A DNA stretch of 64,000 nucleotides, taken from positions 1,240,001-1,304,000 of the forward strand of contig MU058221.1 of the NCBI GenBank assembly GCA_013265495.1, given 5' to 3'. The notes beneath the pieces are model-generated. The model was not told the DNA's origin and searched no databases. It saw only the letters and a list, made by a program, of their open reading frames with translations. The translations under genes were made by a program, and so were the position numbers. This DNA is from Vicugna vicugna. Taxonomy: Eukaryota. Below, one piece after another: positions 53,410-64,000 of the stretch; the stretch's first letter is position 1; every line of letters starts with the position of its first letter.

Positions 53410-54190
53410 AAATATGAAACATGCAAAGAATCAGAAAACTGTGCTACACAATAGGGGGAAAAAGAGCAAAGAAACTGTCCCTGAGAAAACTTAGATGCTG
53501 GATTTCCTTGAGAAAGACTTTATATCAACTTCTACAAATACCTCCCAAGAACTAAAGTAAATCATGTCTAATGAACTGAAGGAAACCATGAGAGTTATGT
53601 CTCACCAAATATAAAAATGTTTCCATATATTTGCAGATGACATGTGAGTGGATACAGAAATTACGAAGGATTTCACACAGACTTATACACAATTAGAAGT
53701 AGCAAATGAGTTTAGCAAGAGTGTTGGATATCAAATCAGCATAAACAGAACAGCAGTGAACAAGTCCCATGCATTTATGATCTTGCATATAAAAGAATGA
53801 AAACATTTAAAATGCATTTAGCAAAAGAAGTGCAAGACTTGTACACTGAAACTGTAAAACATCTTTGAAAGAAATTAAGATAAACTTACTCAAGTGGAAA
53901 GGGGTCTTGTATCCACAAACTGGCAGACACTATTGTTGAGAGATCAATAGTTTTCAGACTGATTTACAGATTCAGTGAATTTCTACCTAACTTTTTCACA
54001 GAAGTTGATAAGCTGACTGTAAAATTGATATGGAAATTGAAGGGTCCAGGATACCACAGAAATGGGAAAGAAAAACAAAGTTAGAAGACTCACATTCCTC
54101 AGTTTCAAAACTTTCTATCAATTGTATAATTTGAGACTGTGTGGAACTGTCAAAAGAACAGAGATCAAGTTAACATCACCCACCTCTTGA
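53410..54190 (+). mobile_element. L1 (L1MC/MD-like) fragments, including an ORF2 reverse-transcriptase remnant
   Basis: 'tttgcagatgacatg' encodes the FADDM RT motif (~53630-53644), followed by typical ORF2 sequence ('aagaagtgcaagacttgtacactgaaactgtaaaacat'). Upstream sequence is ORF1/5'-like. Confidence 0.75.
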
Positions 54191-55299
54191 TAAACAATGT
54201 TGGAAGGATTACAATTCAAATGATAATAAAAGAAAAAAGCATAGTTACTAACAACATGTGAGCCATGAAAGTATGGTGTAGAATCAAATATATTGAACAA
54301 AGCACAAAACACTTAAAGGAAGATATTAATTCTGAAAATGATCTATTTCATAATTTGGAAAATGTTTGGGAAATAGTGGTGAATTCTCAGAAGAATATGT
54401 TATTGATTAAGTGACAGGGAGAACAGTTTGAAAAGGTTTCCCAGCATTCACAGGACAAGATGAAAATTAACAGATAAAAGATGCAAGTATCTGTAGAAGC
54501 TGTGAACTGGTGATTCTAAAATGCAGATTACTGGTGATTACTGATAGAACAGAACAAAACAAGAAGAAGTGGCAGCCAGAATTATAGTGTGGATACGTTT
54601 TCTAGACCAATAAAAGAATAAAAAGGCATTGCATGTGCAATGAAATGCTCACTCTGGTACATGCAATATCATTCTGAAGACACATGTAAACACAGAGGAG
54701 AGAGGAAGGAACTTCATTCCGTAAAATACATAACAGAAAAGTCAAAGACAAATGCTAGCTTCATACCAACAGTAGCAAATGAACAAACCCCGTAGTCCTC
54801 ACATTTTCTATTGAAACTCAAAATGAGAGAAGAAAAATATAAACTCACAGCATCATCCATAGTTTAATGTTGAAAATAAGTTTATGACCAGATATCTCTT
54901 TTCAAAATGAAATCCATTTAAAGTAAATAGGACTCAAGAAAAATTTGAACCTGATTACTTCCCCTAAAAAAAAAATATAAATAAAGATCTATTTAAACCA
55001 ATTGATAGAAAAAGGAAAATTAATGCTCATAAGTGGAAAAATGGATAAAAATGTCTAACAATGAACAAGGCTTAGTGATAATTCAGAGATGATATAAATA
55101 ATTGTTGATTTTAGTAGAACTGTAACAGCAAATTACAATTAATAAGATAATATCTATAGTACATTGGGCCATTAAAACTAAAATTGATTGTGATTATTGT
55201 GTATTTCTCTCTTTCTTAGATGGTCGTAACAAACACATACACCCCTTTCTTTCTGCTTATCTATCCCTCTCCTACGTGGTAGAAGTTTCTATCAAAATG

Positions 55300-55806
55300 T
55301 GCCATTTGCCATTTCCAAAGTTAGGCATATCAAGGTTGCTTCAAACATGTTCTCAAATTCTCACAAAATATGTGAGCCTTTGGAATATGGACTGGTTTAT
55401 TGACTCACTTCTAACGAATATAATGTGTCAGGGAGAAAAAAAAGGAAATGCAACTTCCTTCCACTTGGATCTCTTTTTGAAAATCCTGGTCACCCCTAAG
55501 CTTTCATACTGAGGTCAGGTGATGAGACGGCATGGAGGGAGGGACAGATGCCTTAGGAGTCCTGTCTGTTCTGTCCCTAAGCTGTCCAGCTCCCCTCTAG
55601 CATCGGCCTGCAGACAGAGGAGTGAGAGAGGCTTCAGGTGACTTCGGAGCCCTGCCTCTGGGATGCCCTGGCGGACGTCCAGTGAAGCAGACAGGGCTCC
55701 CCCACCGACTCCCTGTCCGAACCACTGACCCGCAGAAGCCATGAGCAAAGTGAATTTTCACAACTAAAGTTTTGGGTGATGTGTTAAGAAGCAGTCACTG
55801 CAACAC
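55300..55806 (+). mobile_element. MLT1-type LTR
   Basis: 3' terminus 'actgacccgcagaagccatgagc...actaaagttttgggtgatgtgttaagaagcagt'. Confidence 0.6.
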
Positions 55807-55859
55807 ACAGAGACCAACTCTTCAGTCAGAATACGTCTTCCACTCAGATTGCAGTTGGT

Positions 55860-56301
55860 TTAAGGATGATTGTGTAGTTGAAGCTAAGAGGTCAGAAGCG
55901 GGGTTGCTTTCTTGCCTGGCTGCTTGATTAATCTGATTCATCTTGATGGATTCTTCTTTTCCGGGTGGTAGAGGCAGACGTAGGTGGACTTGTCGATGTG
56001 GAAGTTGGGATGGAGAATATCTCTGCGCGTGAGGTCATGAAAAATGAGTTCTTTGTTAAACTGGGACTCCGTGAGTGGCATTTATAATGATGAAGAGAGG
56101 GTGTCTCAGAAAGCAGTCAGACAAGAGGTGCAGAAAATGATGCAGGTTGCTCATGACATATTTGAACCCTGGGATCCATCCTCACCTGAAGTAAGCACAG
56201 GTATCTGGCCTTCTCAGTGTGTGGACCAATGAGTAACCTTTTATGGCTTCATCTAGTTTGAATCAATGGCACTTATAACCAAAAGGTCACTGAATAATGC
56301 A
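55860..56301 (+). mobile_element. MLT1K/L-type LTR fragment
   Basis: 3' terminus 'tggcttcatctagtttgaatc...cacttataaccaaaaggtcactgaataatgca'. Confidence 0.5.
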
Positions 56302-57129
56302 GCAGTAAAGAGTGTTTTATTGTTCTCTTGCAAATCTGATTCCTTCCAAACAGCATTCAGTTTCCATCAGTGTTGGCCCTCAGTAATTCTCCAAGGGGAC
56401 ATGACACCCTCTGCGAGCTGCCCTATATCAAGAGAAAAAAAAATCAGTTTAATTTATTCGGTTAGAATACAAATTTGGGAACGCTTTTTTCTAAGGAAGT
56501 TGCTTTTTAAAAGATTTGGATCAGCTACAATTGTGAGTTATTACAAGTCAAAAAAAAAAAAAAAAACCCTGAAAGTGTCAAAAGTTTGAGCAATTGACAA
56601 TGGAATTCTGATCTGCCAAAAATAATGGAGAAGAGATATTCGACACTATTTCGTTTACATATTCATAAAGGGAGACAAGGAGGCTTACAGAGGAACGTTC
56701 CCATTTATTGGTATAATGCTGTCTATCAGACCCTAATAATATAAGTCTGATATTGCACAAGGTTTCAGATGCATCTAGAAGCTATTTTAAGATACTCAAA
56801 AATTAATTGTTGTAAAGTTTATTAAAGGAACAAACCCAAAATGTTTTTCCTGCTTTGAAATATTAAAAACAGTTTAAGAATTAATATTTTAAGAGGCTAG
56901 TTTTATTCTCCATTTCAAACTTGAGGGTTGTAAATAAACAGGAGAAACTATGAAACTCAGTTTTAGAAAAACATACGGCTAACCCTACGTTTGTGCCACC
57001 CCTGGTGCTCACACGATGTGCAGTTTCCTGCATTTGGCCTGGGCCCCTCCTTTCTGCCCAGTTCCTGCCACGTGGTCTGTGTCCCCCTCTCTCTGCCCAG
57101 ATCTAGCTGTCTGCTGCTCTGACAAGGTA

Positions 57130-57540
57130 ATTTCAGGTCTTGTGTGAATGGTTCAGTTATGCTTCTGAGGCCCTGGACTCCACTTCCTGATGCCTCTGGT
57201 GCAGACCATTCATTCTTACGCTAAACGCCTCACAACCCAGGGATGGAAGGCGGTGCTCTAGACGCCATAGCAGGGCAGGAAGCAGGGATGTGGGCAGAGT
57301 ACGTAGCTTCCTCTCTTGCTTGATCCTTTTAAAAGAGGCAAGGATTGTCCATCAGGCTGCCTCAGGTGACCTCTGCTTGTCTATTGTCACACAAAACTGG
57401 GTCATACAGTCACTGAGCTGCAAAGGATACTGGAAACCAAACTGAGTAGCTCTCTTTCAAGCCTCAACAAAGAGAAACATCAGGAAGACAGAAGCGTGGG
57501 TTGCCTGCCCAGTTAGCCCAGTGAGAGTGTCTTGCAGGAC
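57130..57540 (-). mobile_element. MLT1-type LTR fragment
   Basis: 'tctgcttgtctattgtcacacaaaactgggtcatac...gagctgcaaaggatactggaaa' is antisense MLT1-like sequence. Confidence 0.45.
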
Positions 57541-58149
57541 TGTCGCAAAATACCTAAACTGTGTTATGTATGTTAACGGCTCTTTGGAAACCTATAGCTC
57601 TATTTTCATCCTCTAATACTTCTGGCAGATGTCTGACTTTCTCATCAGTGTGGACACATACTTAGCTTTGAAAAAAATGAGCATCACAGTCAGTTTAAAA
57701 TTAATGCCTGCAAATGACATTTTGGTATAAAGTGTGTCTCCTTTATATAGGAAAACAGGGCGCTGAAGAAAACATGGCTGGAAACATCGGATCTTAAGAA
57801 CCAACCATTGCTTAATATATTTTCCTAAATATAGTTAATAAATATAGAATAAATTATCACAAGGCAGGCTATTGTAGATTTTTCATCCTAAATCTCAACC
57901 AAATATAATAACCCACTATGGAGCATTAGAACATCTTTGTCAACATCAGTATTTCTGGTTCCAAGAGAGAAAAAAAAAAAACAAAAAACTAGTAATCTCT
58001 TTAAGAAACTCTTTTGCCAAAGCGATAAAATTTTAAGCATACAAATCTTCAGGTAATACCTATGGGTTACTGACACCTAAAGATGATACAGATTAACATT
58101 TTTAATAGAAATTTTATGTTGATTAATGCAACACTGTTATCTTCAAATA

Positions 58150-58802
58150 TAAATTATATTGTAGGAATAATTTTATTCATATCTATGCAGAGTCATTCAG
58201 TTCAAGTTCTTTCATATAGATTATCAACATTTTTACGTGACATCTCTTTTTTTAACAATTTTTTCTCCTTTTTCAGTTGTGTTGTGTAGAATTATTACAG
58301 TCCGACTGCACACACACGGTATATTGCATGCAAATACATAGAGACAGTACACTGCACTTTTTTTTGTTTACATGTATGTACTGATTATCATTTCTAAGTA
58401 CAGATTAGATCTTTAGCTTTTTAAACTTACATAGTTATCAAAGGAATAAAGCCAACCACAAAACAAGAATCAACTGAATGTGGTGATCCGCTCATAAAGG
58501 ATGGTCACGTGTGCTCACACATATTCAAGAAATCAAATAATTAGTTCATCTGTAAGTGAAGTCTCCTATCACTGGCTCCTGTATAATCAACCAGAACTGT
58601 TTCTCAACTGCAATACCTATATATCTTCCACATCAAAAATACGTGTGTGCTCTCCTAGCTGTGGGGACCATACCGGGAAAGAACCCACTGGCAAATCCAG
58701 TCACGTCTTTGAACGCTGACGTGGTACCTGTTACCCTTGAAGCTCACTTGTGGCTGCTCATCCAACGCCCGTGTAGGAAGAACGCCCGCAGGAGCTTCAT
58801 CC
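58150..58802 (-). other. Candidate 3'UTR with polyadenylation signal
   Basis: AATAAA on the minus strand at 58172-58177. No recognisable repeat in the interval. AU/GU-rich distal composition. Confidence 0.3.
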
Positions 58803-58829
58803 TTAGCAGACGGGCACGCAAACGCCGTC
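58803..58829 (-). CDS. Candidate coding part of a terminal exon of an unidentified minus-strand gene (DGVCVPVC* if phase 0)
   Basis: Minus strand reads 'tatctgactgtttgttcatccttgcag|GAC GGC GTT TGC GTG CCC GTC TGC TAA', with a CTGAC branch-point motif, pyrimidine tract and CAG acceptor. Apparently repeat-free 3'UTR-like sequence and AATAAA follow. Phase and gene are not established. Confidence 0.35.
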   Translation of the reverse strand, partial: DGVCVPVC

Positions 58830-59648
58830 CTGCAAGGATGAACAAACAGTCAGATACTCAAACAATGAACCCACGTGGCCGTGAGAATGAGCAAGCTGAA
58901 GAAGTCAAAGCAAAACCCGCTCCCCAGTTTCTCCAACAAGCCAAGCGGCCTTGGCTGCTTGGATTTGGAGGCATGAACTTCAAACAACGTGGAGTGAAAA
59001 TGTTAGGAAGCCGTCCAGTGCATTGGCTTTGGGAAAAGCTTTCTCTCCTTCACGGAGCTGCAGTACCGAAGCTGGGAGCCCGTGACACCTGCAAGCAGTC
59101 TGGAAGTCGGGATCCAATGTGCACCGCACGAGTTGAAGCCCTGTTTTCAGAAATTATCGTGACTCTCAGCATAGCACTATTTTCACTCGCCGCGCTACGG
59201 TCAATAATAATTGACACGAGATCGATAGTTGCCCGTTCAGAAAAAAAAAAAGAAATTTCTTGCAACTGAATGGCTTTAGGGAGCGTCCTTGTGTCTCTGT
59301 CAAAACTGCATAAACGTTTACTTTGCCTGTGGACGGCCGCCGGCGCAGCCAGATGGCCCAAAACTCAGCCTCCGTGTGGTAGGTGTACTTCTTGAGACCC
59401 TGGGGCTTCAGTTCACATTGCTTTTTAGCATGGAGGTGATTCGTTTTTGAACTCGAAAAAAGTAAAATAAGGCAGTCTTTTCTCTTTGAAAGAAGTGAAA
59501 TAGGGGAGAGATTGCTAGAAGGAATGAAAAATAAAAATAAAAGAGCTAAAAGTCCTTTTCGTTGAATTCATTATGTTGTCTATTATACTGTCGTTATATT
59601 AAAGCTTGAATTTAGCTTTTTATTTCCACTGCGTTCCTAAAGGGACAG

Positions 59649-60039
59649 TGCTATGGGTTGGGCTGTGTGTCTCCAAAACTCATGTTAAAATCTTAACCCC
59701 CAGTACCTCAAAATGTGACTGTCTTTGGAAATAGGCCCTTGAAAGAGGAGATTAAGTCCGTTAGGGAGGCCCTAATGCAATCTGACCGTTGTCTTTGTCA
59801 AAAGAGAAAATTTGGATCCATGAAGAGGCCCCAGGGATCCAAGTGCACAGAGGAAAGGCCACTGGAGGACACAGCAAGAAGGCAGCCACCTGGAGGCCAA
59901 GGAGCGAGGACTCAGAGGAAATCAACCTCCCCACACCTTGACCTTGAACTTCTAGCCTTTAGAACTGTGAGAAAATTAATTGCTGTTAAGTTAGCCACAG
60001 TGTGTTATTTTTTTATGACAGCCTTAGCAAACTAATGTA
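59649..60039 (+). mobile_element. MLT1A/B-type MaLR solo LTR, near full length
   Basis: 'tgctatgggttg...ttaacccccagtacctcaaaatgtgactgtctttggaaatagg...cttgaacttctagcctttagaactgtgagaaaattaa...gccttagcaaactaat', about 390 bp. Confidence 0.9.
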
Positions 60040-60159
60040 GAACGCTTATCTTTAATTTTATCTTAAGGGAAAACATACTTAAGATGAAAATATAATAAAA
60101 ATAATTAATTTATCTGATTCCTTTTCCCTGTCTTGTGGCTGAGAGAACTGGTTGCCACA

Positions 60160-60520
60160 CAGTATTCTTTCTCAGTGTCTTGTGGAGGCTTCCGATATGC
60201 ACCTCGCTAGAAGATTGCACCTCCCAACTGCCGTTGCAACCACGCACTGAATTCTGATCAATAAGATGTAAACAGAAGTATTATATGCGGCTCCTGAGAT
60301 GATGATTTTGAAGGAACTGACTAAACCGGGAACCCAATTCACCTTTTGCTACATGAATGCAATTGCAATGGCTGAGTTCCGTAGCCATTCTGAGCATAAG
60401 CAAATTTAAGAACAGAAGCAAAGTGCTGAAAAGAGTTAAGTAGAAAGAGGAGCTTATGTTTCTAGTGGCTGTTGAACCAGAATTGTATAGAATGGCAAAT
60501 CTGATGCAAAGAACTAACAC
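60160..60520 (+). mobile_element. Old MLT1-type LTR fragment
   Basis: 'ctcccaactgccgttgcaacc...gaattctgatcaataagatgtaaacagaagt' resembles MLT1I/J sequence. Confidence 0.45.
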
Positions 60521-63500
60521 AAAGAGGAAAATATTTTCTTACATAAAGGACTTTTTATACAGATTTATACTCAAAACAAATAAATACAATTAAACACTTG
60601 AAACATTTTCTATATCAAAGTATCATTTTATCAGTGACCTTAAAATATTGTTCTTATTTGATGTTCCTTATCAAAAGACACTTTGATACAAGATTAAAAG
60701 GGTATTATTTTTAGCACACACACATACACAAAATGAGCAAGAATTTGATTTTTGTTTTAAAGGGAGGTAATTCTACTTAATGTAATTAAATTTTCTCCAA
60801 ACTTTTTTTCAGATTTTTCATGCACATAAGATGTCTTTGAGGGATGTTTGCTAGATTATCTTGTAACCAAAAGTGTAAAAACTACAGAAAGAAGAAATAG
60901 AGAGACCTGTTTTGAGTTAACATATAAGTAGAAACACATACATACACATACACACTCTTCAAAAAGGTGGAGGTGATTCTTACGCATTAGGGGCATCTCT
61001 GTTCTAGCTGGAGTGGTCGTGACTTCTATACAGATCTTTTGTAAAAAGATATCTTTTCTTGTACTTCAATCTGCCATTGTTTTCTATTCACAGTAGATAT
61101 ATTTTTTTCACCGTCATGAACTACTCTAGATAATGTAAAATATAATGATGATCTTGATCCCTATATAAATTTTAAGCTTCTGAATTTTATTTTCTCCCTA
61201 TAAAAGCTCGAGTTTTTTTAGTAGAGGTCATCAGGTCAGCAATTCTCAGGCCAGCCTCCTCAGTGCTAACTCAAGTAAATACGATTTGGTAAAGATGTAG
61301 AATGAATAAAAGCACAGGCTTTGAAGTAAGAAAAATGTGGTGTTCCCTCCTGACACCAAGGTCATCTGCAACACTAATATTTCTTGTGAAATTCTGGGTG
61401 GCACTAAATTTAATATACTTAAAAACTAATACCAAATATTGTATAAAGTGAATTTTTGTTTTGAGTCAAAAGTTCAAACTATCTTCTAACTTAGGAAACT
61501 ATGTAATTGGAATGTTATTATGGTAATTTGGAATGTTATTGCTTGTGCATTCAATCCCTAAAATTAGAACTATGAGTAGATACACGGCATGATAATAGGG
61601 CAAAATTTAAATTAAGAAGCATTCAAACATAGACTCTATTCAACAAAACTGCCTTGTTCTACAAAGCACAAATCCATACGTATTTGTAGGCACGTATGCC
61701 ATTATGTAAAATGCAACTATGGCTAAAAAAAAAATGTTTGTGTTGCTAGGAACATTGTTTTAGAATTATTTCTAATAAAGATGTTGATATTTTATGTTAG
61801 GGATAAAATGTGTTCCCGTGAAGCTCTCCCCAATTGTCTAGGTATGGTCCTGGGGTAGCCGACAGATTTGATAGTGGCTGTGCCCCCTAGAGGACAACGG
61901 CGTCACAGTCAGGCACCACAACTGGTCCTGTTACCCTGTCTGCCTCTCTCAACTCTCTGAGGCTTTCTCCGTGTTCTGTGTTGGTCTAACTTAGTAATTG
62001 ATTTGGAACAGAATCACAGGTTAGATCTCATCTTCTTAGGATGAGCCAGAAAGGAAAGTCAGCCAGCATAGCCTGGCGGCAACTGACAAAAATTGTTTTT
62101 ACAGCATCAGTGAACACAAAGACAAACCTTGGGCAAAATTCTGAAATGTGTAAAATTGGCCACCTGCAACCATCTATTTCTCTCTTTTCTTCCATCACTC
62201 CCCTCCTCCATTTTACTAGCGACTTCTTTCCTTCCCCTTTGCCTTATTAAAATGTTTTAAGAAGAGAATAGAATGAAAGGTCTGATTGGAAAATGGAAAA
62301 GAAATTCTAGGTGTATCTTGATTTTTGGGCTTCTGGACCACGTCACCTCTGTAGACGGATCTATTTTTTAGAGTAAACAAAAAACTCGTGTTAGTAGATG
62401 TCAGGTTCTACTTCTGGGTCTGCTCTTGATTAAATAAGTGATTTTGCATTTGTTGACTTGTCTGTATAGACGTCAGTTTCTCAACTGGAAAGTGAGTTGA
62501 AAGTGGCTCGATGGAGCCCTGAGGCTCTCTGTGAAGACTCAGGGAGCCATTATTAGATGAAAAGTTAGGGGGCTGTCCATTAACTATGATTCCAGTGCAA
62601 ACTACTATCCACCTCAAAATTGAATCTGGGGCTCTGTAACTTACCACACTTTTAAACTCTATTATATTGCAGCTCACATTTACCACAGGATTTCAGTGAT
62701 TCCTAGACTAAATTTTAGACAAGCTCAGGATAATGTAAGACCTCCAGATTTCCCAGTAGAATGGTTAAACTGATTACCTACCCCGCAGACAATCAAGAAT
62801 AGAGGAGTTTATCCGTGACAAAGGAAGCAGATTTTTTTCTTTCAAAGGCATCACAAACTTGACCCTTTTATTGTAAGCCATTTTAACAAGTACTTCTACT
62901 CGCTGTAAATAAACTCTCTATCTACACTGTACTTTCCTTCTTGGAGTCTGTCAACAAGAGTGATTACTTTTTCTAATGGTTGAATAGGTGAGGGAAAGGC
63001 TAGAAATGACAAGAAAAAGGCACCATGTTAATGTTTTAAGCTTATTAACTCATGACATGGGTCTGATGAAAAAGCAGAGTAGAGTGCCTTTGAGGTCTTT
63101 CAAATGGGAGAGAAGATTTGGGTCTAGAAGAGATAAGAGAGAGCAACATGAACACGGAACTTTGGGTACAACTGGTTTTCAAAAGCAAGTACAAGCGCAC
63201 TGCTGACAGGAGGAGACGTTAAGCTGTTCCCCTTCCCCTGTATCTTAACATTGCATCAACCACATCTTTAATGTTTAATAAAAGTGCTTTGTATGCACGA
63301 CTTCATTTGCATTTTTATAGCTACATTGACGATATTGTCATCCTTTCTTGGTAATGGAAATTTGTTTTCCAACCGGTAAAATTAAAATCTAAGTTTAGGG
63401 CTATACTAATGTTTAATTTCACTGTAAAAGCTTCTGATTTTTATCGCTTTAAGTGGAACATAGAATTTTATTAGGAGACTCTTTCCAATGCTCTAGTATA

Positions 63501-64000
63501 AAACTAGAAATGATTTTCTGTTTGTGAGTTTCACCTGGACATTTTCCTGGAACATACAAAGAAGTTCAAAGCTAATTGGGCTCATAGTTATTTGGGGCCT
63601 TCCAGCATTTAGTCAGGTCTCAACTGTCAGTGGATCCTGGGTTTCAACTCTTGTTTCCTAGGCTGTTTAAACTACCACTAAACATCTCCTCTAACTCGCT
63701 CCCAGTTCATGAATGTCCCCAGGCCAGATCTTGACATCGATTGATTATTACTGTGTGGGCTTGTCAGTGTTATAAAGTAGATTATATAAATATTTTGTTG
63801 TGTAGACTTCAGTGGGTAGATTTTGAATTGCTTAGTGTGTTCTTACCAAAGAGGAACTGCTCAATCATTAAACTAATATATTCTACACAGAGACAGAATG
63901 AAGACCCTCATTTTAAACATCTGCTTTTCCATTTATCTAGTAAAGTTGCTGGATCAGAATACATTTTTTTGCTGGACATTTGTAAGTAAAAAAATTGGTA

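Noticed and set aside
62640..62706. Possible upstream minus-strand exon (GGTAAGT donor at ~62639-62645)
   Set aside because: The acceptor is poor and all three frames from it contain stop codons.

Overview
This is AT-rich mammalian DNA, not prokaryotic. Two tRNA-derived Vic-1-type SINEs with intact target-site duplications point to a camelid (alpaca, llama or camel). Most of the window is non-coding, with transposon remnants: MaLR/MLT1 LTRs and internal sequence, ERV1 and ERVL solo LTRs (two families present as two copies each), young and ancient L1 fragments, MIR and L2 relics, a MER20 hAT transposon and tetranucleotide microsatellites. Apart from L1 ORF2 remnants, the supplied ORFs look like chance frames. 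The only gene-like signal is a candidate terminal exon on the minus strand (acceptor near 58830, short coding tail DGVCVPVC*, about 650 nt of 3'UTR, AATAAA at 58172-58177), which I cannot assign to a gene. Other notable structures are a tandem CCAAT+GATA array expanded in one of two sister LTRs, a three-layer LTR nest, a ~107-nt hairpin and a likely assembly artefact at poly-A tracts. I see no well-supported novel biological system. Repeat family names come from recalled consensus motifs, not a database search, and ends are approximate unless a TSD is cited.
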